A stretch of DNA of 64,000 bases from Vicugna vicugna (lineage: Eukaryota). A program made the translations under genes and the position numbers. Below, piece by piece: positions 52,501 to 64,000 of the stretch (position 1 is the stretch's first letter; the number at the start of each line of letters is the position of its first letter). The stretch is from the NCBI GenBank assembly GCA_013265495.1, contig MU057981.1, forward strand, positions 124,001-188,000, in the 5' to 3' direction. The notes beneath the pieces are model-generated. The model did not search any database, was not told where the DNA came from, and was given only the letters and a program-made list of their open reading frames with translations.

Positions 52501-53289
52501 AAATCAAAACTACAATGAGTTATCATCTCACACCAGTCAGAATGGCCATCATTCAAAAGTCCACAAACAATAAATGCTGGAGAGGCTGTGGAGAAAAGGG
52601 AACCCTCCTACATCATTGGTGGGAATGTTGTTTGGTGCAGCCATTGTGGAAAACAATATGGAGATTCCACAAAAGACTAAAATAAGACTTATCATTTGAT
52701 CCAGCAATCCCACTCTTGGGCATATATCCAGAGGGAACCTTAATTCAAAAATATACCTGCACTGCAATGTTCACAGCAGCACTGTTTACAATAGCCAAGA
52801 CACAGAAGCAACCTAAATGTCCACTAACAGATGACTGCATAAAGAAGATGTGGTATTTAGATATAACAGAATATTACTCAGTCATAACAAAGAATGAAAT
52901 AATGCCATTTACAGCAACATGGATGGGCCTGGAGATTATCACACTAAGTGAAATACGTCAGAGAAAGACAAGTATCATATGATATCACTTATATGTGGAA
53001 TTTTTTTAAAAAGATACAAATGAATTTATTTACAAAACAAAAACAGACTCACTGACTTAGAAAACAAACTTAGGAGTTGGGGATTAAAGGATACAAACTA
53101 CTGTATGTAAAACAGACAAACAACAAGGATTCACTGTAGAACACAGGGAACAATACTCAGTTTCTTGCTACCTATAATGGAAAAGAACCTGAAAAAGAAT
53201 AGACTATATACATGTACAACTGAATCACTATGCTGTATACCTGAAACTAACACAACATTGTAAATCAACCACATTTCAATAAAAAAAAA
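49576..53289 (+). mobile_element. L1 with 5'UTR, decayed ORF1 (from ~50897), ORF2 mostly deleted, 3'UTR and poly(A)
   Basis: 5' ccaagatgg (YY1-type) at ~49584; ORF1 motifs (gacctatgggataatataaag, gccagaagggagtgg); jump at ~52070 to aaactcaaaatggcttaaagac; aataaaaaaaaa at 53278-53289. Confidence 0.9.
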
Positions 53290-53747
53290 CCTCAATGATA
53301 AGCTCTAATTATCTTTATTCAAAGAAAATCTTCAACTCATCCCTCTTATCAAAATTAAAATGGGAAGCTTGAGCAGGACCAAATTATACTGGATGGGTGG
53401 TTACATATCTCTTCCAGCACGTGGCCCATGCTACACACACATCGTGTTTCCCTTCAGATACGAACGGCCCTGGCTGCACAGGAAGAGAGCCCTGCTGGGA
53501 CAAGTCCTTTGTGGCAACAGCTCCATCTCACCAGGAGGACACTGTTTTCAGAGGGGAGGGGACATAGAGTCATACACTTCAGATCTATTTCCTGAGAAAA
53601 GCTATGGAAAGAATAAATTCACCTGCAGTGTGGGAAACATGAGCAGGCCCCTAGGCAGAACTTCAGGTCCGAAGCAAGATGGACCAATGGTCACACTGGA
53701 ACCAGAACAACAACCGCCTGACCCCAGTTAAATGACCATCACTTCAC

Positions 53748-53998
53748 CTGCAATGAACTGCTTGTACTCAATGTCAGGGATGTTTCTGTTGAGACTTGGG
53801 AGATCAAAAACGTCATACCAGGGAATCCAGACCTGGTGGATGTCGGGGCCCTGCCAGTGGTAGAGGCGGCCCCAGGGGGGCAGCACTAGCACTGACTCCT
53901 CCATTTTCAGCAGGGTCTTCAGGAGGAAGGCGATGTGGTTACCGATGTCCCTGTGGAGGCTGAGGCCCTCTGGGGAGTTGACGTCACACAGAAGGTAC
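53748..53998 (-). pseudogene. POFUT2: Protein O-fucosyltransferase 2 exon 2, diverged unprocessed copy
   Basis: [17 protein letters not shown]...[56 protein letters not shown]; 251-nt exon with ctgccag acceptor and gtgaag donor; conserved PEGFN changed to PEGLS. Confidence 0.92.
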
Positions 53999-54244
53999 CT
54001 GGCAGTGAGCAAAGGAGAGTGGTCCTTCAGGGACAGGCCTCTGCACAGGAAACCCGGCTCCACACCCACAGCCCATGGCCGGGACTCCAGGCACATTCAG
54101 CAGCTTCTGGCTTGTAAGTGGAGGCACTGCCCACCCATCTCCGTGTGACCAATTACTTGGGAGTCCGGAAGTAGATGCAGAAGACATCTTGGCATCCGTT
54201 TAACACCTGCTAAACACCTGACTAGCACCTGAGCACCCAATCTC

Positions 54245-54717
54245 CAGGGGGTCTCAAACTTCTTGGTCTACAGACCCCTGTACACTCTTTAACAATTACT
54301 GAGTAATCCAAAAGGCTGCTGTTTATGTGAGTTAAATCTGTCAATAGTTCCTGTGTTGGAAGTTAAATAAGAACTTTAAAAAATGTATGAATTCACTTAA
54401 AAATAATAACAACCTACTACATGCTACCATTAATATTCTGAAACAAAAAATAAGTATATTTTTCAAAACAAAAATCATTAGTGAGAAGAACAGCAGTGAT
54501 TATTATTTCTGCAAATCTCTTTTTGGACTGGTGAGAGCTGAATTCTCCTATCTGCCTCTGCGTTCCCTGTTTTGTGATATTACAGGCCAGGTTTTCCCTG
54601 GAAAACCCCACAGGAAACTCGGGAGAGCAAGAGTGTGCAAAAAGCAGGTGACATTCTGGCTTTTCTGCGAAAATGGTCTTGTAACTCAGGGGCCCTTGGA
54701 CACACTTTGATAACTGC
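54245..54717 (+). mobile_element. hAT-Charlie DNA transposon remnant (MER119-like) in POFUT2 intron 1
   Basis: cag..gtctcaaacttcttggtct..agacccctgtacactctt ... cacactttgataactg terminal inverted repeats. Confidence 0.75.
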
Positions 54718-55099
54718 CACCCTATCCTAGGCAAGACTCCCTTACACAATAGCCAGACAAGGGTCCTGGCTTCTGTAATGAGTTACTGCCGCCACACCCC
54801 TCCCTTCTCTGTGTTAGTGTTCCCCACAACCTCTGTTACTGCAGATGAGGATGTAATCCTCATCTGGGGCCTCTAATCCCCGAAGACTGCCAACCTCGAG
54901 AGGGAGCGGCCCATCTACCATCCCTACACCCCGCACAGTCTATTTTGAGTCAAGCCCTTGATAACTGCTGATCAGCACTGACCCTGGTGTCTTATTCCTA
55001 AGGTTTACGCAAAGAACCAACATCTGGACGGAACTAAAATTTCCCTGCTGATAAGCAAGGCTGATAAACCACCCCACTCCAAAATTTGAATCTGCGGCT

Positions 55100-56100
55100 T
55101 TTCTAAACACCAGCAAGGCCCGGGGCCTTCCGCCTGCCCTTTCCGGGGACTCTGGGAGGCCGGGGCTGCCCAGGGCGACCAGAACTCGCGCTCCCGGCCC
55201 CAGCGCGGGAGGGGGAGGACAGCCCGAGGCTCTGCCCCAGCCCTGTCCAACCCGCTCCCCCGCACCACAGCCCCTCCCCAGCCGCCACCCCCACCCCGGT
55301 CCCTCCCCACCGCCCCCGCAGACTGCGAGGACGCACGTTTAACCGTCTGTGGGACGCCGCTCCTGACAGGATGTTGGCCACCGACTGACCAGGCCAGAAC
55401 TCGTCGCCCGAGGCCGAGGCCTGTGACCAAGCCGCCTCCCCCAGCAGCAAACACCGCGAAGACCGCGGACAGTTACCGGAGACCGTGCCCCGCCCTGGAA
55501 GCGCACGCCGGCATCGCGGAGCACGGCGCCCGTAGCCATGGCAACGCCGCGGGGCCCTCCCCAAGCGCTTGCGTCGAGCGTCCTCCCGAGGCTGGATGTC
55601 CCGGGGGCAGAACGTGCGGAGCCAATGGGGGCCGAGGAGGGGCCATGACGGGGGCGAGGCTTATGGGGGAGCTGGGCGGGGCCGGGGCGGGCGGGGTCGC
55701 GCGGACGTCCTCACCCGCAGGTTGTGCCGGTTGGAGGCTTGGGCGTGGCTGCCACCGGTGGGCGGGGCAGCGGGGGAGGGCACCCTCACCGGTAGGCAGC
55801 GCGGGTCTCAGCCTGGGCTCCTCTGCCTCCGCCTGCACCGGTCGTTTACCCGGACTGCGGGTGGGCAAGCTAGAGGACTGAGCCCAGTCCCGCAAGGCTG
55901 GCTTGGTAGGGCACCTGAAGCGCAGATCCGCCAGGCCCTCTGTGGGCCTTGAATTCGTGCTGCTGGACAGATTCCAAGAAGAGTCTGTCCCAAGAGAGAA
56001 GGTAGGACAGGAGGGCATCTGGGCGGGGGTACCAGATGCCGGGCTGGGTGCGGTCTCACGGAAGAACCACGATGAGAGGGCGCAGAGCGGTCTCTGTGTT
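55100..56100. promoter_or_regulatory. CpG island promoter with RFX X-box, CCAAT and GC boxes
   Basis: GTAGCCATGGCAAC at 55532-55545, gccaat at 55621, gggcggggccggggcgggcgggg at 55674-55696. Confidence 0.75.
55344..55460 (-). pseudogene. POFUT2: POFUT2 exon 1 remnant lacking a start codon
   Basis: [36 protein letters not shown] versus recalled human [36 protein letters not shown]; weak donor gttaaa; no in-frame ATG. Confidence 0.88.
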
Positions 56101-59100
56101 GGCCGGGCTAGGAATTTGGGGTACGGGGTGGAGATGGTGTGAGCCATGTTCTGTGGTCTCCTCAAGAACCCTCACCCCAGAGCAAGGGGCCCTGCTCTCC
56201 CCATCCTTTACTGCACCCCTTTCCTTCCCCAGCACCACCGCCCCTGCTCCCGGAGTGTCCCGTGACATCCCCCCACGCCAGGCACTGTCTCTGTTAGAGG
56301 TACTGAGCTCTAGGTGGTTCCATCCCGAGGGTGGGGGCTGTATTTAACCCATTAGGACGCCTGGAGCCTTTGTAGTTCCTGGTATGAAACCTCAGTCCAT
56401 AAGGCAGGGGTGCACAGAGGCCCTTCAAACAGGATTCCCTGCACAGCCCTCCCTGCCACACAGCCACAGCACTGCTGCCATGCCAGGCCATGCCAAGGAC
56501 CACTGGCCCCTCTCCTCCTGTCCCTGCTCAAGAGTGCACCTCCTACACTGCTGGGCATTTAGGGGGCCTTAGAAGAGCAGCTGACATTTTCATGGGCAAA
56601 TACTTGCTCTTTTGAGAAGATTTGAGCGCAAAGGGATGTAGGGTATGCTTTTTCTGTTGCCCAGTAACTGGTGACTGGGATGCAAACTGAAGCCAAAGCT
56701 GTTTTTAGAGAGAGCCACAAAACATCCCACAACCAAAGATCACTGTTCCCCAACAAAGGCAACACCACCTGGAGGGGGGGATCGCTCCTCCTGCTGGAGG
56801 TTGGGAGTTGCACCCTCCAGCTGGGACAGAGCCTGAAACAGCTCCAAACACACTAGGAGTTGCTTCTCAGAAGACCTGTGGTCTCCACTGCAGGTCCAGA
56901 TCCAGTGCCCAGGTCCAGCATGGTGACTCTGCTCCCGCTGTCCATTCTGGGAGGCCTAGGTGTCCTCCATGGCCCTTCCACCATTGTTTCTTTTGGAAAC
57001 ACCCCCCCAGATGAAAGGGGTCTGAGAACAGGAGAGCCCCGCTGGGTGTCAGCAGCCACTGCCCGGTGTGTGACCCCAGGGAGGGGCATCTCCTCTCTGT
57101 GGGCTCTGATCTCCCCTCCCCTCTCCCCTACCCCCACCCCTCTCCTCCCTCATTTCCTGATTGACCTCTGGATTATAGTCCTTACCAGGAATGACCTGGG
57201 AGAGGTTTTATGAGTCTTAAAGAAAAAAAAAAGAAATCTTTAGACAAATAACCAAAAGTAACGTCCATCTTTCCCAGGAAGTTCCTCTTTCCAATGTTTA
57301 AGGCTAGTTGACAGGGTGTCAAGTTGCCTAACCACTCATATCTGAGCAAATGTTACCTCTCCCTCCAGCTCCACGCAGCATCCACCAGTGGCATCTTGGC
57401 CACAAAAGGGCAAGAGAACTCTTTGCTCATGCCAGCTCAGCTTCAGAGGCAGTGGAGGCAGAGAGAATCAGGCCCACCTTGAGGCTTGGGGAGTCTCCAG
57501 CCACAGTCAGAGGAGCTGGGGTTTTTTAGAGCTGGCCCAGCAGGGAACCAGGCAAGGCCAAGTGGCCCAAGTCTTCCCTGCCCAGAGAGCCCCAAGAACT
57601 GCTCTGAGCCCCACTGCCCAGTCGGGCTTCCTGCAAAAAGAACCGAAGGATCCACACCTGAGAAGGCAGGAGGATGGTCCTTTGTCCTGGGGTCCCAGCA
57701 GGTGTGTCCTTTAAGACTTGGGGCCACGTCTCTTCCTTGTCTCCCCAGGTCTCTGAAGTTTCAGTGCTGAGCACCCTGGTGGGCAGGGATATGGGAACAA
57801 CTCTAAACTCTGAAGAGAGACAGAAAGACTCTTCTGGAAGCAAGGATTCCAGGGAGAGGCCTTGCTCAGAATTGGGGGACTATGTCCTAAGCAGACCACC
57901 AGGAGGTGGTGTGGGGCTGTGGGGTCCTCTTCAGAGAAGGGAGCAGACATGCTTCCTGGGGGGGACTCTGCTTTGTCCAGTTGTGGCCATTTATAAACAC
58001 CTCCCAGCCCACCTGTGGGTGGCCCCAGGGGTGGGGGCAGAGGAGGAGAGGGAAGGGGCAGAATTAGGGCCACCTAGCCCCACACAGGCTGCCAAGGGTC
58101 AGTAGGAACATCTCAGGGGTCAGGTGCAGGGGAGGAGGATGAGCCCTGAGAACATGCCAAGTTGTGCAATTAAGTGACCCCTGATCATGAGACACGGGCA
58201 GCCATCCACCCAAGGAGGGAGATGGAAATTTAGACCCAGGCTTTGAGACCCCTGAGAGGGGTTAGAGGGTCCCAGGAGCCCTGAGGAGCAGCTCTCCTGG
58301 GGGTGCAGACACCCCAATACACACATTTCTCATGGATGCTTTTTGGGGTGCAGAGTGAGTTACCAGGATCCTGGACTTAGTATGGAATCCTACCCCCTTG
58401 TTCATCATGATTCCCAACAATAAAGTCCTGTCATTTGTCCCTGGACATGCACAGGGGAGCTGATCACTGTGGGGGTCACTGCAAGATGGAACCTTCTGGT
58501 GTGGGCTCTGTGACCACAGAAATCCAGGATTTCTTAACAGGAGGACCTGAAGACCCTGCCTGCCAGGACCACACTAATGGGATGGCCAAGGAGCCTGTGG
58601 GACCCAGGCCACCAAGTGACCAAGTTGAGGCTGCCTGGCGGTTTTCTGGGGGTGTGCAGATTCCTGTGGTCAGCACGTGGGCCCAGCACTGGAGGATGGT
58701 CTGCCCAAAGAGGGCCTGCCCTCCTGATGATGGCTTCTAACACCTGCAGGGAAACTGCTCCCAGGGCTCCTGGAGGTCCATAGTGAGAGCGTGGTGACTG
58801 TCCTACCAGCCATGTGGGGTCACCTCATGATGCAGAGGCAGATCTCTTCCCCTTGGGGCCCAGTGGGCACCTGGCTTTGATCCTGCCTGTGTGCCCGGGA
58901 CACGCAGCTCCCCAGAGCTCCAGCACAGCCTGGGGTGTGGTCGTGCCGGGAAAGGGAAGGCCCAGGGAGGGGGCTCATTCAGGGACAGTGGCCACTCTGC
59001 AGGGATGCTGGACCTGGCGGCTATGCAGTGCTTCAGAACTCCCCTGGGCTGGTTTCCAACCTGTGGGGTGGAAGGTCCTCTCCTTCCTGGGGTGCAGTGG

Positions 59101-60301
59101 GGAGAACTAGATCCATTGTGAAAGTCAGCCCCGAAAATGGAGACTGTGCTACATCCATTCCTGGAAAGAAAAATCAGGCCCCTCCAGCCCAGGTGACTCA
59201 GAAAGTCATTCAGTAATGTTTGGGGTCCCCAGTTTAGGCTCTGAATTAGAGCTGAGCGGCTCAGGAGGCCAGCTCCCTGTCTGTGGCTCCAGGAGCAGAC
59301 TTTCTGCTGGGGGACAGGATCCTCACAAACACCTGTGTCTTTGTGGGTCACTCCCCTCTGACCAGCTGGGAGGCAGGGTGCAGTTGTGGGAAATCATGTT
59401 TCTGAGAGCAGAGGGCCGCCAGGTGGTGGGGGCACAGGAGACAGTGAGAATGAGTCTCACAGTCTCTCTGGAATTAAAACGCTGGCAAATATCAAAAAGT
59501 GCATAATTTATTTTATTGAACAGGCTGCTCATGTACGTTTGGAGGGCCAGGTTCAAGGACTCTGCATCCCTCCAGGACAATAGCCTCAAGGGAAGGACAG
59601 ACAGCAGGAGGAGGTCTGGTGTTCCTCCTGGGAATGAGGCAGAACAGGGATTTCTGCAGATTTGCAAGGAGACCCCACCCACTGAGCACAGGGTTACAAC
59701 CCCATGTGACCCCTGCCTTGTTTGACTTGGGCTCTGGGTCGGGCTGGATCATGGATCGTGTATTCTTCCAGCTGAGTTCCAGAAACACAGAGGGTAGACT
59801 TAGAGAGGCTGCTTTTGGAACCTGGTGTGGAGGTGGAGGGTCCTTTATCCTGAGTCCCCTCAGCCGAATCACTGTAGCTGAGTTCCAACACCCCCCAGGC
59901 CCCCAGGGTGGCCGTGGAGGGAGAGCAAGCCTGGCAGGTGACCCAGGAGTCCCACTACTTTGCCCCTCCCTTGTCTTTGTTCCCTTTCACCCTGGAAGTT
60001 GTGATTGTCTCATGTCATGGTGACAAGCAATCTCTCTTCTCTGTCAAATGGGGTCCCCACCCCCACTCAGCCTTCTCTCTGCATGGATGCTGAAGGACCA
60101 GGCTCACTTGAAGTTCTGAGCTTGAGCAGTAAGTTGGAAACAAAGAAACCAATGGAAACAAAGAAACAAGTCATTGTGGCAAAGCTCCCCACCACAGAGA
60201 AGCTGCCCTGAGTGGAAGGGAGCGTGTGGGCATGCCCATTTGTTTCCTGTCTCCCAGTGCTCTTTGCTTTCTTATTGCAGACCTGCATGGTTACAACAAA
60301 A

Positions 60302-60363
60302 NNNNNNNNNNNNNNNNNNNNNNNNNNNNNNNNNNNNNNNNNNNNNNNNNNNNNNNNNNNNNN
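60302..60363. other. Assembly gap (62 N)
   Basis: Run of N. Confidence 1.
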
Positions 60364-60879
60364 CGTACCGGTGATTGGAGTACCTTTCCAGTTTGGAAAC
60401 ATCTGGGCAGGCCCAGGTTTGCAAAATTCTTTGAGTAGTTACGGAGTTTTGCTTCTAAAATCTTTTATGGCTGTGTACTTCTGAGCTGAGGTTGTGCTGT
60501 GTAATTCTGAGCAGGGATTTTCTCAAACTGTTTCTCCCCTCTTATACCGGACATCCCTAAGTTCCAAGGGGGATTAGATATTAAGGAAGCCATGGAGTTT
60601 AGGAAAAGGATACAGATCTCATTTCCTTTTCAGCATCAGTGTACCTCCATCCTAGGCAGTATCGGTTATGTGTTATTGATAGGGGAACTAAATAGACACC
60701 AGATTTATAGAAAGTAGTGGGTCTTTAGGTACACAAGTTCATCTTTTCAACATTTTTTTGTAATGTTTGCAGTTTAAGATGACCATTCCTGAGAAACAGA
60801 CAGCCTCTTAGAATGAAATAGCATTTTCCCTGAACCATACTTAATTTTTATTTCACAGACAGCAGGAAGGGTAATCACA

Positions 60880-63385
60880 CATCACACATTTGGGGACCTC
60901 AGAGATAAGATGTAACTTTCTGGGAGCACACTCCCCATCTCCCCCTGCTGTGTTCACTGTCCCATTCCCCCTGAAGGCTCTTTTGTATCTTATGCTCATG
61001 GCTCCAGTAACTCTTTCTTCCTCCTCTTTCCACAGCTGGTAAGGTTACTTTTCTACTTTGACCAAGCAAACTGAAGCCAACAGAAGAGAACTTTCACCAT
61101 TAACTCCCAGCTCGCTTTCTAATGTCTGTGACCTCACTCTCTCTGCCCCACCTCTTATTACAGGTGACATCAAAAGCCAGTTCCTCCAAGAGTCCCCAGG
61201 GCCCCATCCCTCCCATCATCTCCGGGCTGTCACTCCCACAACCATCCTCTCTCTCTACCTCATATATTTTGTTCTCCTGCTAGTTGGCTCCTATCAGTAT
61301 ATAAACGTCCATCCTCTTAAATGAAACAAACAGCACTCCTTGACCCTAAGTCACCCCCACCAATTGCCACCCCTTGTCTTTGCAGCAAATCTTTAAGGAG
61401 ATGTTTAAACTCACTGTCTGCATCTTCTTTTCAGCCATCCCCTTTTACACTCACTCTGGCTTTTCCCCTGATCCCTCGTTCTATGGAAACTGCTCTATCA
61501 AGGCCATCAGTGACCCCACATTGCTAAATATACTGGTCAGTTTTCAGTCCTCATCATGCGTGGCCCCTCGGCAGCATTTGACCAAGCTCTTCCATCCCTC
61601 CTCCCCCGTGTTCCTGCTTTACTCGGCCTCCAGCCCATTGCTCTGTCTGCTTTCTGCTCTCAGTCCACTGGCTGGTCCATTGACAACGTTTCCACTTTTT
61701 TCCAAACAGTTACTGTGGGTGTGCCCCAGAGTTGGGTCCTGGGTCTCCCCCCTCTCTCTCTGCTGTTCCTTTGGTGGAAGCAACCAGCCTTGGAAATTGA
61801 CATGCCATCAATTTCTCGATTTGTCCAAAACTCCCTGCTTTGCCCTTTCTTTCTGGACCTGTCTCCCTGAGATTCATATTCTTTTTCTTTCATTCATCTT
61901 GCTTTCACATTCATATATATGTTCTACTATTAAATTATTTTCCCAAGTTTGGAATCAGTCCATATATATCATGTAAAATGCTCAAATCTATTATTTCCAC
62001 TAAGATGCTTATTCTAACTTAGAACTTTTCTGCATTTCTGTATTTATGTCAATAAAGCAAATAGTATTTCTACAAGCCTCATAGTTAAACAGTGTGTTTG
62101 TTTGGGGCTATTATGTAACATGAAATCATGATACATCAACATAGTCCTTTTTCATTTATTTTTATGTAACACTGAGGTTTTTGCACTGAAGACTGGTTTT
62201 ATGGAAATTTTACCTATGTTATGGACAGTCAGTTTATGTGAAAGCCCTCATTTCTACCCTTTTCTGATATATTTTCCATTTGGCTATATATAAAATATAC
62301 CTTGGCATGAAATAAAATTCCAAATTGATTCACATAATACAATTAATACATTTAAATTATATTTTTTAAATGTTAGAGAAAAAACAAACAAACAAACCCA
62401 GACTCCTCTACCTACTAGGCATTTCTGTGGCAATATCTAATAGACCCCTTAACCATGACATTGAAGAACTGAGATGATTCCAGCCCCTTTCCACCTGTTC
62501 AGCCCCACCTTGTCTCATCCCCTGTGGATGGAGAGGACATCCCTCCCATTGTCCAGGTCCAGATGTTGGAACCATGTTCTTTCTCTTTCTTCCTCTTACA
62601 CACACACAGCAAATCCAGCTTGTTAGAAAATTCTGGCTACTCTGTCTTCATTAATCACCTGCTCCCTGCTCCCCACCCTCCTAGGAGCCACCTTCAGCCC
62701 CTTCCTGGACACCAATAGCCTCCTACTTCCATCTTTGCTTTCCTACAATCTCTCATCCACAGAGTCAGTGGGAGCCTTTAAAAGCTTACATTGATGGGGT
62801 GGGTGTAGCTCAGTGGTAGACCACATGCTTAGCATGCGTGAAGTCCTGGGTTCAATCCCCAGCACCTACATTAAAATAAGTTACCCCCCCAAAAAACCCA
62901 AAACAAAAGCATAAGTTGGACTACATCACCCCTCCTCTCAAAACTCACTAAACAAGTCACCATTTCACTAGGAGCCAAAGTTGTCTGTCACAAAGGCCTC
63001 CAGGACCCGATGTGCCCTGCCCCTCGGCCAACACTCTCCCCCTCACTCTTGGGGCCTCTGGCTCTCGCTCTTCCTTCTTCCTTGGGCTCTATTCTGCTTC
63101 AAGGCCATTACTCCATGAGATCCACCAGGATTGCCTTATTTCCTCCTGCCTGCCTCCCACCCAAACCCATCACCCGAGTTTGCTCATATTACTCTTTTTT
63201 TTTTTTCCAAGCTCTTGCTACCTCCAACATGCTGCCTGTTTCCTCTGCTAAAACTCTGAACCCCCAGCGATGGGGAGTCGTGTCTATTTTGTTGACTAAT
63301 AAAGCCCAAGATCCTTGGGAATGGGTCTAGTTACTAGGTTCCCATAAGTAGTAGGAGCTTATACAGATTTGCTGAATGAATGCAG
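60880..63385 (+). mobile_element. L2 LINE remnant (RT region to 3' end), interrupted at ~61880-62390 and by a SINE
   Basis: SMETAL.K..SDPH...FSVL..R.PSAAFDQ resembles L2 RT STETAL..V.NDL...DLSAAFD; 3' tail tttgctgaatgaatg. Confidence 0.8.
62796..62908 (+). mobile_element. tRNA-Ala-derived SINE (camelid Vic-1-like)
   Basis: gggtgtagctcagtggtaga..catgcttagcatgc..agtcctgggttcaatccccagcacct with A/B boxes, A-rich tail and degenerate TSD aaaagc.ta..ttg. Confidence 0.85.
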
Positions 63386-64000
63386 AGGCCCTGGTCCAAT
63401 CCGATGGAGCACTTGTGTCCTGCTTAAAGAATAACTCTCCTTTCTACCTGAGAGGGGGTGACCACTTCCTTGGTGATGAAAGGCAAGATATTTTTGCTTT
63501 ATGCTGTTAATCTTAGGTGGGGAGACTGGGTGATTTTCATATATATTTTAAAATTTGATTCACTCTGCAGTTTGTCTTCAGTCTCTGTATCCTTTTGAGA
63601 AACTGTTTACGAATGATCATTCTTCCATCGGATTGAACAGGATCCAGGGGGAAGGACCAAGCCTGTACCATTGGCCGTCCTGTGTGCCGTGTCCTGTGAC
63701 CCACTGGATGCTCAGCATGTAAGGGAACCAACAGGAGTGAGTAAAGAGAAGGGAGCATCTCCTTATTGTGGTGGCTGCCCTCTGTCCTTGAGATTTGGGG
63801 AAGGGTTTACAAGTGCAGAGGGGAGAGGGCAGGGCCTCTGTGCTCTTCCTGAGTGCCCTCACCTTACCCATTCCCCTGGCCCCCTCTAGGCAGCCAAGCT
63901 GGGGAGCTGGGCCACCGGGGGATGTGCTGATCAATATTACACCTTCACCCCGAGTCCGGGGGTAGGGGCGGCCAGCACACCTGGTTGTAGACTCTGAAGG

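Noticed and set aside
59416..59432. Second CTCF-like motif (ggccgccaggtggtgg)
   Set aside because: Partial match, expected by chance in GC-rich sequence.
56100..59500. Numerous 60-180 aa ORFs
   Set aside because: GC-rich DNA, overlapping in all frames, no recognisable domain.
61374..61976. 200-aa ORF
   Set aside because: Lies within a decayed pyrimidine-rich L2; non-ATG start and no intact RT frame.
62796..62870. Functional tRNA-Ala gene
   Set aside because: Stem mismatches, an A-rich tail, a TSD and its position inside an L2 indicate a SINE.

Overview
Mammalian genomic DNA, most likely camelid (tRNA-Ala-derived Vic-1-like SINE at 62796-62908, plus artiodactyl-type L1s). I find no intact protein-coding gene. 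The window is a rearranged patchwork typical of pericentromeric/subtelomeric duplication sinks. It contains many L1 pieces and a ~9.3-kb imperfect palindrome (14105-23428) whose centre is a ~243-bp satellite that flips orientation at ~19050. A MED24 retrocopy sits inside an L1 with a 15-bp TSD, followed by a GC-rich ~170-180-bp repeat array with built-in inversions (28400-30838). There are unprocessed gene fragments: the SH3YL1 last exon, POFUT2 exons 1-2 and a possible ALKAL2 remnant. The most notable element is a young two-LTR, tRNA-Ser-primed, env-carrying class III (HERV-S-like) provirus (34884-40168) whose pol/env are heavily G-to-A hypermutated. Repeat boundaries were read by eye and are approximate. 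Gene and repeat names come from recalled sequences, not database searches.
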